Of a stretch of 64,000 nucleotides of DNA, positions 12,173-24,886 are shown in pieces. The stretch's first letter is position 1, and each line of letters starts with the position of its first letter. A program made the translations under genes and the position numbers. The DNA is from Podarcis muralis (taxonomy: Eukaryota): assembly GCF_964188315.1 (NCBI RefSeq), contig NC_135664.1:2170001-2234000 (forward strand), read 5' to 3'. The notes under the pieces are model-generated. The model saw only the letters and a list, made by a program, of their open reading frames with translations. It made no database searches and had not been told where the DNA came from.

Positions 12173-12656
12173 ATTATCGTTATGGAATGGGACGTCTCTA
12201 TTTTCATCAGAGAAATGTTGGGCTGTATGCTTCTATTACTAGTACTAATAGTAACTATGTTATTTTACAGGTCTATCCCCAGTCAAGATCGGCATCTGTG
12301 TGGACTGCAGGTTGCAAAAAGGGGAAGGAAATACCTGCCACGGTTGTAGCCTTGCGTGTCCCCATTGCTCTCCTTCCTCCACCAAACGTCACAGGAAAGA
12401 CAATGTTTGAAAGCAGGACCTAGTTTCCCTGCAATAAATGAATTCTTTAAAAAGAGTGAAACTGATATTCATATGAATGGGGGGGAGGAAACATTATATG
12501 ATCCACAAAGATTAGTATTTATTTATCCTTTCACACTAATATCAAACCTGTCTAGCATAGAACAAAAATTTGGAAATCTCTGCTCCATGACCGGAGCTTT
12601 GATGCACACAGAGCTGTTGAGCAGTGGAACAGTCTCCCTCCGAAGGTGACCGTGTG

Positions 12657-12770
12657 TCATGGATGCTTCAGGTGAGATCCCTCCAGGTCCCTCCCAAGTC
12701 TTGGGTTCCCGCAGACTCCAAAGGGCATCATGAGCAGCAGAAGCAGCAACAGAAGGAGCAGGGATCTCAT
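12657..12770 (-). pseudogene. Possible V2R exon-1 remnant (signal peptide)
   Basis: [25 protein letters not shown]..., on the same strand as and upstream of V2R exon 4. Confidence 0.45.
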
Positions 12771-13264
12771 TCTGGCTCTGCCTCCTCCTCCTCTTACTTG
12801 CCAAGGAGGCGAAGCAGAAGAACCCAAAGACTCTTGCAAGACCAGACTGGGTGGGCTTTCCCAATCTGGGTGGTTTTCAACTATACCTTTGGAGCTCGGA
12901 AGCACAAGGCAGGCACACCCCTCTTTTGCCAGCTCTGCATCTTGACTCAGTCTGTCTCCAACACAGGAAATATTCTCGGCACCAACTTTTTCTTTCCCAG
13001 ACACAGCGCAATTAATATTGTCATGTTGCTTTCCGAGGCTCATGCAATCTACAGAAATATCTCCTGAGCTTTCAGAAGATGAGATGACTATAATTTTGAT
13101 TATTCCAAGTGGAATAAGTTTCACCACAATAACTTTCTGAAGTCTTGAATGGCTCAAGTGGCAGGTGCAGAGCTGGAGAAAAACATGATGGACAGGGGTG
13201 TGTTTGGAAGTTGGAAGTTTGGCCTGAACTTTGCTCCCAAGGACCAAAGAAGGAGCTGGATCCG

Positions 13265-13410
13265 ACCATGGACTCTCCTTCCTTGGAGGTTTTGAAGCAG
13301 AGGGTGGATGGCCATCTGTTGGGATTCTTTAGCTGAGATTCCTGCATTGCAGAGGGTTGGACTAGAGGACCTTGGGGTCCCTTTCCAAGTCTCCCATTCT
13401 ATGATTCATA
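13265..13410 (+). mobile_element. CR1 LINE 3' end (mirror at 34766-34911)
   Basis: GGACTCTCCTTCCTTGGAGGTTTTGAAGCAGAGG...CCTGCATTGCAGAGGGTTGGACTAGA...ATTCTATGATTC. Confidence 0.85.
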
Positions 13411-14254
13411 TGAGGTGGGAGAGTCAGGGATGGACAACAGCCAGATGTGGGAGTCCCAGCCTTGTATCCCAGGCATCCTAAGCCCTTTTAAAATGTGGGG
13501 TTTTTTGGGAGGGCAGAGGCTGTTATTGGGTTGTTGTTTTTATTTTGATTATATATATTGTGGTTTTATATTTTGATTTTGCTCTCTGAACCACCCTGAG
13601 ACCTCCAGGCATAGGGCTTTATATAGAGTCAATAAGTAAATTTAAAAAAATAAAAAAAATGGAGAATGCAGAGAAATGCCATCCTCAGTACTGTGAACGG
13701 GATACATGGCGGTGGGATTTTGTTTCCTGGCGGCTTCTAGAAACAGAGACTGGTGGAACCTGCGATGGGGAGGGTTTTCTCAAGCCCACCCTCTGGCCGC
13801 TATGGGTGGGTCTGGGCTGCTTGATTCCTGCCACTCTCTTCTGGTTCTCCCCCTGAAGGGAAGTAGCACCTTGGTGGCTTCGGAGCCACTTCAAGTGAAT
13901 TTCCACCCCATCTTTGAAAGGCTTCTCCAACAGAGGGAAGCTCTCTGGGGTTGGTGGAGGGGAGAAAGGTTGCTCTGAGCCTTAAACCTTTTGCCCTTTG
14001 ACATGTTTTGGGGAAGGTGAGCTTCTGTTGCACATGGAACCAACTTGCTCCCCGTCTTTGAGCAGAAACTTCTCTACTCATAAACAAATTGTCTGTGCAC
14101 AAGCCAGGCTAGCATTCTAGCAGCTTTATTATTCTTTATCAATATTTGTTTGTTTGTTTGTTTGATCTGTTTCATAAAATCCATGCCCCACTTGATTGGG
14201 CAAATAACTCCCATCTCTAACGATGTAACTCCATTTAAGTCTCCCATTAGTATA

Positions 14255-14435
14255 CAGTGGTACCTCTGGATGCGAACGGGATCCGTTCCGGAGCCCCCTT
14301 TGCATCCTGAAGCGAACGCAACCCACGTCTGCACGTGTGCTGGTCGCGATTCGCTGCTTCCATGCATGTGCGTGACATCATTTTGAGCGTTTGCGCGAAT
14401 GGCAAAACCCGGAAATAATGCGTTTTGTTACTTCC
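14255..14435 (+). mobile_element. Tigger-like DNA element fragment (mirror ~33741-33921; another fragment at 53921-54060)
   Basis: Starts TA-CAGTGGTACCTC, a Tigger-type terminal repeat. Confidence 0.65.
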
Positions 14436-14771
14436 TTTTTTTATATATATAAATTTTTATTAATTTTCCAACATAAATAAAAAACAATACAATAAACAAT
14501 ACATAAACACACAAACATATAAACACGTATAATTTCACAACCTCTTTTTCATAAACCTTACTTCCCCGACTTCCCCATACCTCCCCCTTCTGCATCCCTA
14601 TTTCAAAATTTCTTCAGCAACCCCTCGCTTCAATTGACTGATTACTCATTTTCTCCCCCCCCCTTTCTTCCATTACTTAATCAATTTACAGCTGTAATTC
14701 TATATTTTCTTAACCTTGACATTTTAGCACTCATCAATTTTACAACAATTCTTAAGGTAAACTTTAAATTT
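14436..14771 (-). mobile_element. 5'-truncated L1-type 3' tail with 15-bp TSD (mirror 33405-33740)
   Basis: CGTTTTGTTACTTCC is duplicated at 14421-14435 and 14772-14786. AATAAA and an A-rich tail lie on the minus strand. Confidence 0.85.
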
Positions 14772-15461
14772 CGTTTTGTTACTTCCAGGTTGCCGCGGAG
14801 CGCAACCTAAAAACTCTCAGTTTCCTTCTTATTGTAATTTCTTTGACCCCCAGAAGGTCTCACTGTCTCTTTTCTCAGTTCTTTCTTTAGCTGTCCCTTC
14901 TTGCTCGCTTGCTTTCCTCCTTTCTTTCCTCCTCCTCCTTTGGGCATGGGCAGCGTGAGCTAGCAGTTTTCCTACGCCATATTGCCCTTTCTTTTCAAGC
15001 CACCTTCCAGGATCGTTCCCCTCTCAGTCCTGCCTTCTCCTTCTCCTCCGCCACCGTAGACGCTGTCGTTCTCTCGCACTTCTCCTTCGCCGTCCACCCT
15101 TTGCCCGCTGTCTTCTCCGTTCTGCTCCGCAATCTCAAAAGGTGTCGGGCTCTAGGACTGGGGCTGGCCGTGTGGGACGCCAGCGTAGGGCCACATGGGG
15201 TTGGGTTTCTCGCCCCGCTTGCCTCCGCGCTCAGATCTTTTATTCCTCCTCTCCAGTTTGGACCACAAGGATTAAGACCTGTGCAAGGACAACAGAAAGG
15301 AAATGTCCCTTAGGGACTCGGGCGCCTCCAGGTGCTACTTCCCCTGCCACCACTGGCGGAGGAAGGTGGGGTGTGGGGGGGGGGGTATCGCCCCGAGTGT
15401 CATCCCAGGGGGGGGTGGCAAAATCCCCTGGGCGGATCGGTGCAAGCCTCCCAACTCCTCC

Positions 15462-17598
15462 TCATCTTGGTTCAGGGTGGACACAGCTGCGATGCTGCCG
15501 CATCCAGCGCCTGAGCCACGTGCAGAGTGGCCTCCTTTCCCCCTGCACCCCACTGCTGCCTCTTGTATTGGGTTGCTCTGGTGGCACTGGTGGTGCTGGC
15601 GGCAGCGCTCTTCTGAAGATCTTGCGAATCCGGGAGATGATGGAACCCAGGCAAGTGGGGGTCTTCGGAGGCCTCTCTTCCTCACAGTCCTGTGAGAAAA
15701 GTAAACAATTCACCTCCAGATTCTGGGAAAATGCCGCAATCATTAATCAATCAATCAAACAAACAAACAATTGATTGATTAAATCCGTACGCCGTCCTTC
15801 ATCTGAAGCTGTCAGGGCGGCTTACAGCATAAAAATACAAAATAAAAACACAACATATGTATTAAAAACAAAAACGAACTCATAAGCCAGCCTCCCAATC
15901 CACAAGCATGTTGAAAATGCCATGCGTTGGCCAATTAGCCCAAGGCTGGTTCTAGAGCAGAACTTTCCATGTTGGTGACACACTTTGGAGACATGCCTCA
16001 TTTCGCAACACAGGGATTCAGTTCAACTAGCCCTTTTCCAGCCCTGGGAGGAGCACACAGTTTGGAAAGCTCTGTTCTAGAGAAACGTCTTTGCTTGGCA
16101 CCTAAAGATACATAATGAAGATGCCAGATGAGCCTCCCTGGGAAGAGCATTCCGCAAGTGGGGAGCCACCACAGAAAAGGCCCCTTCTTGTGTTGCTGCC
16201 TCCAGACCGTTTGTGAAGGAGAAGGGCCTGTGTGGTGGCAGGCTGTCATAATCCCTCCTTTTCTTTTTGGGGGCAAGGCGTTATATGAAAGGGTTGTAGT
16301 CAGGAGGGAACACTCCTCTCCCAAGTTCTCATGTGGTCAGCCTTGGAGAGATCTCAACGAGACACAAAACCAAGAACAAGAGGGTGGGGGGAAGGTATAG
16401 GAGGCAGGAAAACCCCAGAGAGAACCGGCTTTGCAAAGTGCCAACATGGTTTTATTATCGCCAAACCCACTTTGCAATTAATAACTTCATTTGGCAGGAG
16501 CCACCTGGAAACGCATTCAAAAGAGATATCTTACAAAACAAACACCAAACCAAAAGCAACCCAGGAGAATTATCTCCACCCCCATCGTTCTGAGATCCAG
16601 TGCTGAGGGCCTTCTGGCGGTTCCCCACTGCGATAAGTGAAGTTACAGGGAACCAGGCAGAGGGCCTTCTCGGTAGTGGCACCCGCCCAGTGGAACGCCC
16701 TCCCGCCAGATGTCAAAGAAATAAACAACTATCTGACTTTTAGAAGACATGTGAAGACAGCCCTGTTCAGGGAAGCTTTTCATATGACATGAATGAATGT
16801 ATGTTTCGTCTGACCTCGATTACGCTTGCCTCCAGGTGTTCTCCAGGTGGGGTGCACGGCAAATAAAGGGCCTCCCCGTCCTCCTCTGGGGGGCTCTCTG
16901 GTACTTCCTGTGGCTCTTCCTCCTCGATAGCCACTTCAGAGGCTGCCTGCCAGCAGAGACAGGACCCCAGAGGTGGTGGCATTGGTGGTGGGGAGAGGGG
17001 AGAAAGAGAGGAGCCCAGAATGAGACAGGAACCCACATTGAGTCGCTAGCCAGGGAAGCCCTACAGCCCTGGCGCCATGGGGGGCTGGTCCATCAGGACA
17101 AGTGGGGCAGCAAGCCCATCTGCCCCCAGCAGCCCCCTGCCTGCGTGCCCCCTTGCTCACGACCAGTCCAGAAGGTGGCCTAACCGGCCAGCCGGCTTCC
17201 TCCTCCTCCTCCTCCTCCCCAGCCTCAGGGTTCTCCAGCTCAGCAGGGCTTCCCTCCTGCTCTGTCTGCTACGTACCTCATTGAGGGAGTCCCAAAGGGA
17301 ATCCAGGGAGGACAGGGAGGAAACACTAGAAAATGGTGACATACTTGGAACCTGCAAGGAAAAGATGCAAAAAACGAGCAATTAAAAAACGCAACCAAAC
17401 GTTAAAACTCAAGGCACCCATAACTGAAACAACAGTTCCATTCTGCGGTTGATATGCTTCCCTCCCCTTCTGCCAATCACCACTTAGGCCACGGCCACCT
17501 ACCCAGTCAGGGCTGAGGAGATCCAGCCGTTTTGCGGTCTCCTCCTCGCCTTTTCCTTCGTCCTCCTTGACATTGAGAATGTCCTCCTCGGTGGCTGA
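15462..17598 (-). CDS. Putative novel spliced gene, left-arm copy (exons 17503-17598, 17277-17351, 16815-16946, 15462-15689)
   Basis: Mirror image of 30579-32715. AG/GT boundaries, all junctions phase 0, reading frame open. Confidence 0.6.
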
Positions 17599-17989
17599 CT
17601 GCTAGCAGAGACAGGACCCCAGAGTTGACGGTGGGGAGAGAGGAGAAAGAGAGCATCCCAAAATGAGAGAGGAACCCAGAAGGGAAACTCTCTTGCCCAC
17701 ATTGAGTCGCTAGCCAGGGAAGCCCTACAGCCCTGGCGCCATGGGGGGCTGGTCCATCAGGACGAGTGGGGCAGCAAGCACAGCACATTCACTCTCAAGG
17801 CACCCATAATTCAAACAACAGAACAGGGGTATAGCCAGCTGCTTGGGTGCCCGGTTCAACGCGGGGGTCCTGTGGGCTTTCTGGAGCCTATCCTCTGCCT
17901 CCCCCCCAGCTGTAGGGCGGCTGAGGGAGAGGCAGGGGGCAGACGCAAGCCCCACGCTTCTGTTTCAGGCAGCACCCAGCCTGCAGGGG

Positions 17990-18880
17990 CCCAAGCCACC
18001 AAGTCACCCCCAGGAGAGATGCGTGGATCAGGCACTCTGCACACACACACCCCCCCGGTAAGTGCCAGCCCCCGCGATGCGGCGCCCAGTGCCAGCCGCG
18101 TTTTTTGACTCAACTAAAAGGTTTGGTGAGCCCAATTTTTATTTTTATTTTAAACTCGGCTTTATGTCCTTTTCCCACCCCCCTCAGTGATGACACCTGG
18201 GGCGGACCCCACCCCCCCACCCCCCACCCTCCTTTCTCTGCAACTGCAACAGAATAAAAGGACTCAAAACTCCCTTAGCAGTTTCCTGCTGGTCCCCTCA
18301 CCATTTCTCCAGACATCAGTCTTCAGACTTTGCTTTTTCGGTGTCCAATAAGAGTTTTTTCTGATTCACTTGCAGAGAAACCACCCAAAGGCTGTTGGCC
18401 TCAACTGTAAAGTGAGGCTGGGATTCTGAGCCGATGTCACAGCCAGGTTCCGATCAGTCCATTTCCTCCAAGGGGGGGGGGGACCTGTTTCCCCTGAGGG
18501 TGACCGCTGAACACACCACCCAAGGGAAAAAGAAGGAGAAAAGCAGAGAAATCTTTTAATTCTTTAGCAAGAAAGAATGAGTGCAAGGAGTTTTCTTTTC
18601 CCTGCACTCCTCCATTGCAACACCTTTTCATTACTATTATTATGCTAGATTTAATGAACACTCATATCAGAGTGCTCTGTAAATTGGTGGCCATAGTCTT
18701 TATATACTAACCTTTTATGCTCTTCCACATCCGTTTAATGCTCCTAAACCCTTCTTTTAGACTTTTATATATACTTTGTGTTAAATACTTTTTTTTGCTT
18801 TCCAAAACGTTTTACAGACTGAAAATGATTGTACCCCACTCTACTGATGCTGGTCTACTACTGTAATAAAGATTTGATTG
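17990..18880 (+). ncRNA. Putative spliced non-coding unit divergent from the novel gene
   Basis: Donor CCG|GTAAGT at 18057/8. Small exon 18376-18411 (TTGCAG| ... |GTGAGG). Terminal exon from 18818 (TTTTACAG|) with AATAAA. Confidence 0.35.
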
Positions 18881-19107
18881 ATTGAAATGAAAAATCCTAT
18901 AGAAATGCAATGACTGGACACTAATGTAATGTATTCCCCTCCCCCAAATTCATATTTTATTACTTATTAATATTAGTAAGAATAATAAAATGAGTTAAGC
19001 CAGAGGCTCCTCCCAGCTTAAATTTATATAGCACCCTTCATTGGAATGCTACAAGTTGAATCATAATAACAATGAAAGTTTCCACCAATTTGAAGTGATG
19101 AAAGTTT

Positions 19108-20234
19108 GGGGGGCCACTAGGGGGCGCATCGGAAGATGGCTGACAATAACATCTCTCCGACCCACACGAGGTAATTTGGAGGCTATGATGGGGGTAATTA
19201 GCCTCCCTAACCCCCCCCCCCAGGATGGTGGTGGGGCGGCCCTTGCCTGCTGTGCCTTATACCACCCCTGAATTTGTGGGGATGGGGGCACTAGGCACAA
19301 AGCCCTCCTGTGGGATTTTGGCACTCCTGGACGCCGTCCCTGATTCGCGCCACTAGCTGCAAGAACTTCAAAAGAAACAATTTGGATGAGGCGAATTGCA
19401 CATATCTCAAGGAAGAAGGGGGAGTAAAGACTGCTGACAGAAGAGATCTCTGATAAAACAAGACAAGAATAATCATGAGAAGATACGCCAAGACACGGTA
19501 CGGCAAATGACTGATGGGGGAGGGAAAAAAAACTTTCCTTTCTTTTCTTATGTGATTAAACAAGAATCCCCTCCCCTTATGAGTCAGAAATGTTGTTTTA
19601 AGGACTTAAGCTGTGGATTTAAGGCTGTGTGGAGATAAACTTTCGAACCAAAGCATGTTTTAAGAAGAGCGTGGAATGTATAAGAGCTTTGGAATGACGC
19701 AGTTAAAAATGCCATCGCCATATTGGGAAGCTCTGTCGGAGGTCTTGAGTCTGGGAGGAGAAAGAGAGAAACAAAGCTGTTTATATATTGTGGATTAAAC
19801 TCCTCAGTGGGACTTAAGAGCGACAGTTTTGCAAGATTATGATGGAAAGAGCGATGTTATCTATGAAGGAGATGATATATGGAAACCATCTTGATTTGAG
19901 GATTGGAAGAACGGAAAATTCACACAGGGTTATTATTACTATTGGTGTTTATTGGCTTAAGGAGACTATCAGAAGAGATCATAAAGAAAAAAGAGAAAAT
20001 ATATGAACAAGATGTGATGTGGAAACAGCAAGATAAGATGGGATAGAATTATGAACTCTGTCTGGACTGATTTGGACTGATTTGGACATTAACGCAGCAG
20101 CAAGAAGAAGATCAGAATTCCCCTTCGGATCTTGAAATATGGGTCCCCCCCAACAAAATTCAAAATTTGGCTTTGTAATTCGGAATTTATGTGATGTGAT
20201 TAAATTTGATGTGATTGGCCAGTTAATAAAAATT
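19108..20234 (+). mobile_element. 1.13-kb non-autonomous L1-like retroposon with 20-bp TSD
   Basis: ATTTGAAGTGATGAAAGTTT at 19088-19107 and 20235-20254. 5' end GGGGGG...GAAGATGGC, 3' AATAAAAA. An empty paralogous site is present at 42023-42042. Confidence 0.88.
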
Positions 20235-21209
20235 ATTTGAAGTGATGAAAGTTTAAGTACGATGCAATCTTGACTAATTAATATAAATGCTTCATCAGTG
20301 GCTGTTCTGTCAATTATTTTCACTTCCCATCTGATCTTGGTTTTGCTCTATAAATGGGGACCTGAATGGGAGGAACCTGAGTTGGAGGAGGAGGCCTCTT
20401 GCTTTTCCTTCCTGACTGAGCATAAGATGCCTCCTCTTAAAAGGTTTGGCAGGCAGGGAATCCAACTATCTGGCTTCGTCTCATTGCTTTCCTCCAATGC
20501 TAAACTTGTTGCTTGCTCACTCGTAATCTGGTGATCCACTCAACATCAGTGCACAACATGTCACATCCAGGCCAGTGTAATAAAACCCATTGGACTCCAG
20601 TCAAGGCTTGGCTAAGGTCAGTTGCTACTTTTTGGAACAGAGAGCAGAGCTTACACAATACAGAAATTAAACCAACAGACTACGGAAGATGTCTTAAATG
20701 AATTTCTCAGTTTATTGATATACAAAGCTTAGGAGAACAAAATGATGTGAAGTGTACTTATGAATGATACAGCATACATGTAGAAAATGGAGAAAATTCA
20801 ATAAATAGAAATGACATAACTAGAAACTATTGTTGAATATCAGAATTGATATGGTTAATAGGTAGTTAGGACAAAGGAATCACACTCAAAGACCTAACTC
20901 CTCTCTCCCTCCAGCCTATCTGGTTGTGAGATAAATATAACTTCTCAAAGCAAAAAATGATTAAATGATAAAACTTTACAAACTAAGGGCAGTAGACCAG
21001 GACTCATTGTAGTCCTTGGCAAAGCAAGGTAGCAAAACATTTCCTCCCATCTTACGGTTCATGTCAACAGGACTACACAAAACCTGGGCTAAGAAGGAAC
21101 ACAATCTCTTTCACAGATGAAGAATGAGCAACATGGATGAGCAAGTGTCTTTCCTTTATGCACTTCTGGGCATCGGGAACATGGACTATTTTAAGAATCA
21201 GATGTCCCC

Positions 21210-22922
21210 TTAATTTCTGGTTGTCAGGTGCTCCTTTGTGTTCAGATCAGGCCTCAGCACAATCATGTAGCACTTGGGAAGGAAGATGCAGCCCAGAAGC
21301 CCAGCACTGGAGGCCAACATAGAGAAGATCTGCACGGCCACCATGTACTTGCCCTTGGTGCTCAGGTAGGTGGGCACAAAAGACACCCAAACACTGCAGA
21401 AGACCAGCATGCTGAAGGTGATCAGCTTGGCTTCGTTGAAGGAGCCGGGCAGCTTCCTGGCTAGGAAAGCCACCGTGAAGCAGGTGGCAGCCAAGAAGCC
21501 CATGTAGCCGAGGGCAACGTAAAACATGGTCACAGACCCTTCGTTGCATTGCAGGATGATCTCTTCCACCTGGGAGAGCATGTCGGGCTCTGGGAATGGG
21601 GGAGAAGAGCCCAGCCAGATGGTGCAGATGAGAACTTGCCCCCCAGAACAGGAGATGACAATGGAGTTGGCCAGACTCTTGCCCAGCCATCTCCTCACCC
21701 TGTTCCCGGGCTTTGTGGCCAGGAAGGCCAGCACCACCGTGATGGTCTTTGCCAAGACAGAAGAAACAGCAACTGAGAAGATGATGCTGAAGGCCGTTTG
21801 TCGGAGAAGGCAGGTCTCTTTCCTTGGGCGCCCGATGAAGAGGAAGGAGGACAAAAAGGAAAGCAGGAGGGAGACGAGCAGGATGTAGGAGAGGTCTCGG
21901 TTGTTGGCTTTGACTATGGGAGTGTCCTTGTATTTAATGAAGATTCCCAACACAATGCCTGCAGTTATAGATAAGAAGAGGGTAACGGAAGCTAAAAACA
22001 TTCCTAAATATTCTCCATAAGTCAGGAAGGTAATAATCTTGGGGACACATTGATCTCTGTCCTTGTTTGGATACTGATCTTCTGAGCATTTGGTGCAATG
22101 TTCTGCATCTGAGGAAGTGGAAAAAGAGTGGCTGCAGCATCAGTTACATCCCTAATGATCTGTGCTCTTTTACGTTTTGAAAAACTCTGTGGTGGACTTC
22201 AGTAAACAAGAATGTTAAAATAGGTAAAGCAAAATTGTGATGTAGGATAAACTGAGTAGCAATGAGCACTCCGCTTCTGTTAACTGCATTTTTTTGGATC
22301 CTGCCTAATCCTGAAGAAACAGCTCTTTAACTTGACATTTGAAATGCAGTTTTCTGTTGCTTCCATGCAATGTTCCTAGTAGTGAGATCAAAACAGTCCA
22401 TTGATTATATTGTAATAATTTTCATATGAAGTATTGTTCATTTTTTATTGTGCTTTTGCTATTAAAAATTTGCTGGTTTGCATCACCTGTCCATTACTCT
22501 TTATAAATGTCAACATGATTTCCTTTTTGGTGTGACTTGGTATAAAAAATAAAGAAAGAATGCTTTATGGGCATTCCTCTCACAGCTGCCCACTTTCAAC
22601 CCCAGAGATTTCTTCCTTATGACCACTCCTTTCAACTCCCTTCCTGGATGTAATAAAGTTGATTAATCCTATGGATGTCGAGGAAGAATCCACATTCCCC
22701 AATGTCTGCAGAAATCTCACAAAAAGTGGGTGAGACTGGATTACTGCCCTGTGTTTACTCTCTCCAGAAATACCTTTCTCCTTGGAGTCACCCACCTTCC
22801 TGGGCGGAGAAGGTCCCTTCCGCACACCGAGCACAAGCATAGCAGCAAACGGGCTTTTCTTCTAGAACCACCTTGGCATATCCAGGTCGACATCTCTCTG
22901 TACACCTGGAACGAGGTACGGC
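21210..22922 (-). pseudogene. Vmn2r: V2R fragment, exons 5-6 only (22796-22922, 21210-22108), reading frame open
   Basis: Exon 5 [19 protein letters not shown]...QE, then the full 7TM exon. The upstream part is cut by the palindrome centre. Confidence 0.92.
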
Positions 22923-23185
22923 CTAACCAGAAAGACAAGAAGGTGCAACAAAGAGGAACAGTTAGGAGTATTTGTGGGTATGTCATTCACTCATAGGGTG
23001 AATTGAAACAGATATATGGTCTGCAGCCTTTGACGCCCTCATCAGGGTCCCTTCAACCCCCACTGACCATTGGGGTGACCAGAATATCTTGTTCTTCATA
23101 ATTCGTTCAGGACAACTGAGGTTTGCGCCACAGGCCTCTGATTCCTCTTCTCCGTTTACCTGCTTCCCTGCTTAATAAATCTTCA

Positions 23186-23435
23186 TTTTTTTTATTATAA
23201 TAAATTTTTATTGATTTTCCAAACACATAATAAAAACAAACAATACACAAAACAAAAACATACAAACATATAAACATGTATAATTTCATAATCTTATTTT
23301 CATACACCTTACTTCCCGGACTTCCCCATACCTCCCCTTTTCTGCATCCTTGTTTTACATTTCTTCAGCAACTCCTCCAATTAATTAATTATTTAAATCA
23401 CTTTCATTAGATTCTTTTTTCTTTAACTTACTTAT
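23186..23435 (-). mobile_element. L1-type 3' tail at the palindrome junction, no TSD
   Basis: A T-run starts exactly at 23186. The sequence is homologous to 14436-14771 and to ~61320-61499. Confidence 0.85.
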
Positions 23436-23659
23436 GGACTACATAGATAAGAAGAAAAGGGAAAGCCCCTAGTAAAAGGGAACTATTGGGTTTTCATACA
23501 TGCAGAAGGATGGAAAGCGATTTATTTTTGAAATGATAATTACTGATTTATTGTGGATTTTTTAAATTTGTGGAGTAAGCTCACTTGTAGATGTTGCAAT
23601 AGTTAAACTATTGTATGTGCAGGAATAGAGAAGTGCACAGTTGTTGGTGAAAGATGATA

Positions 23660-24886
23660 CCGTATTTTTCGCTCTATAACACGCACCAGACCATAACACG
23701 CACATAGTTTTTAGAGGAGGAAAACAAGGAAAAAATATTCTAAACGAAACAGTGGATGTATGATTTTTATGGTTCATGCTGTGGCCACAGACATGTGATC
23801 TGACAGTGAGTTTGGGGTAGCCCAATGCAAAAATCCTGAGGATCCATGTGGATCCATGCTTTGTAACCACGTTTTTGCGCCATTGCGCCCCCATGAAACA
23901 GTGGGTGCGTGTGTGTTTTTTGGTGCAGGCTATAGCCATGGAAATGCTATGTGATCTGATGGTGAATTTGGGGTGACCCAGTGCAAAAATCCTGAGGATC
24001 CATGTGGATCCGTGCTTTGTAACCACGTTTTAAGTGGGGAGGGAAGGAAAAGAACTCAAGGGACAAGGAGCACGTGTGGGGGGTGTAGAGAAGGAGCTTT
24101 CCTGCGAGCTGAGCGGGGAGGAGGGAGGGAAAGAGCACTGTTGCTTTAAAGGTATACTTAAGGTATTTGCCCTGTGCCTGGGTTTTTTCCATTTAACAGT
24201 TTGCAGCCTTTTCCGTCCGCTCCTTGTTTTGAGGCAGAATAGATTTGAGCAAGTGAGGAGGGCTTGGATTGCAGGGGATTCGCCATTAGCTGTGTAAAAG
24301 CGCTCCTCCTTGCAGCCTGAATGATAAGCAGCCACCAGCAGCAATAGAATGGAGCACAAAAAAGAGATAGGGGCACTAGGACCCAGACAATGCTCAAATC
24401 TATCCTGCCTGAAAACAAGCTGCTCCGTCCCAGCTGAGACGCGGGGATTTGCGAAGTTTTCCCCTCTCCCTCATCCCTCCCCAGCCTTTTTTTTTACTTC
24501 CTGGTTTTCACTGCGCTGGCTCAGAGCTCGAGGTTGGTTTTATTTTGCTGCTGGTTACTTAAATTTTATCTTTCCTGCCCTCCCTCTGCAGCCTCATTGC
24601 TCTGTTTAGAGAGCGCACAGACTTTTGCTAGCGTCTGTCCCTCCTCCCTTGTAAGCGGCTGCTGCCGGCTTTGCTGCCATGGCTCTCCTTCCCTCCCTCC
24701 TCCCCGGCTCCAGGTCGCTTTAAAGCAAGCAAAGTCAGAGCCTCGTAGAGCCTGTAAGTGGCTCCCGCTTTGCTTGACTGACGGCAGCCATGGCTCCGAT
24801 CCGTGCATTCGCTCCATAACACGCACAGGCATTTTCCCTTACTTTCTAGGAGCAAAAAAGTGCGTGTTTTGGAGCGAAAATTACGG
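23660..24886. mobile_element. Non-autonomous Tc2/pogo-like DNA transposon, 1227 bp
   Basis: TIRs CCGTATTTTTCGCTCTATAACACGCAC / GTGCGTGTTTTGGAGCGAAAATTACGG with TA on both sides. Internal ~65-bp direct repeat. Absent from the paralogous intron near 39280. Confidence 0.9.

Larger units (their letters stand above)
7099..23185. repeat. Left arm of giant palindrome
   Basis: Every ORF has a mirror ORF with coordinate sum 48175-48177 (e.g. 10486..11082 + vs 37094..37690 -). The inner end ...CTTAATAAATCTTCA at 23185 mirrors TGAAGATTTATTAAG at 24991. Confidence 0.97.

Noticed and set aside
18019-18847. 34-aa micropeptide MRGSGTLHTHTPP|RNHPKAVGLNCK|TENDCTPLY from the divergent unit
   Set aside because: The 43090 paralog has a 2-nt deletion in exon 1 and the 5055 paralog shifts the stop, so coding is not conserved.
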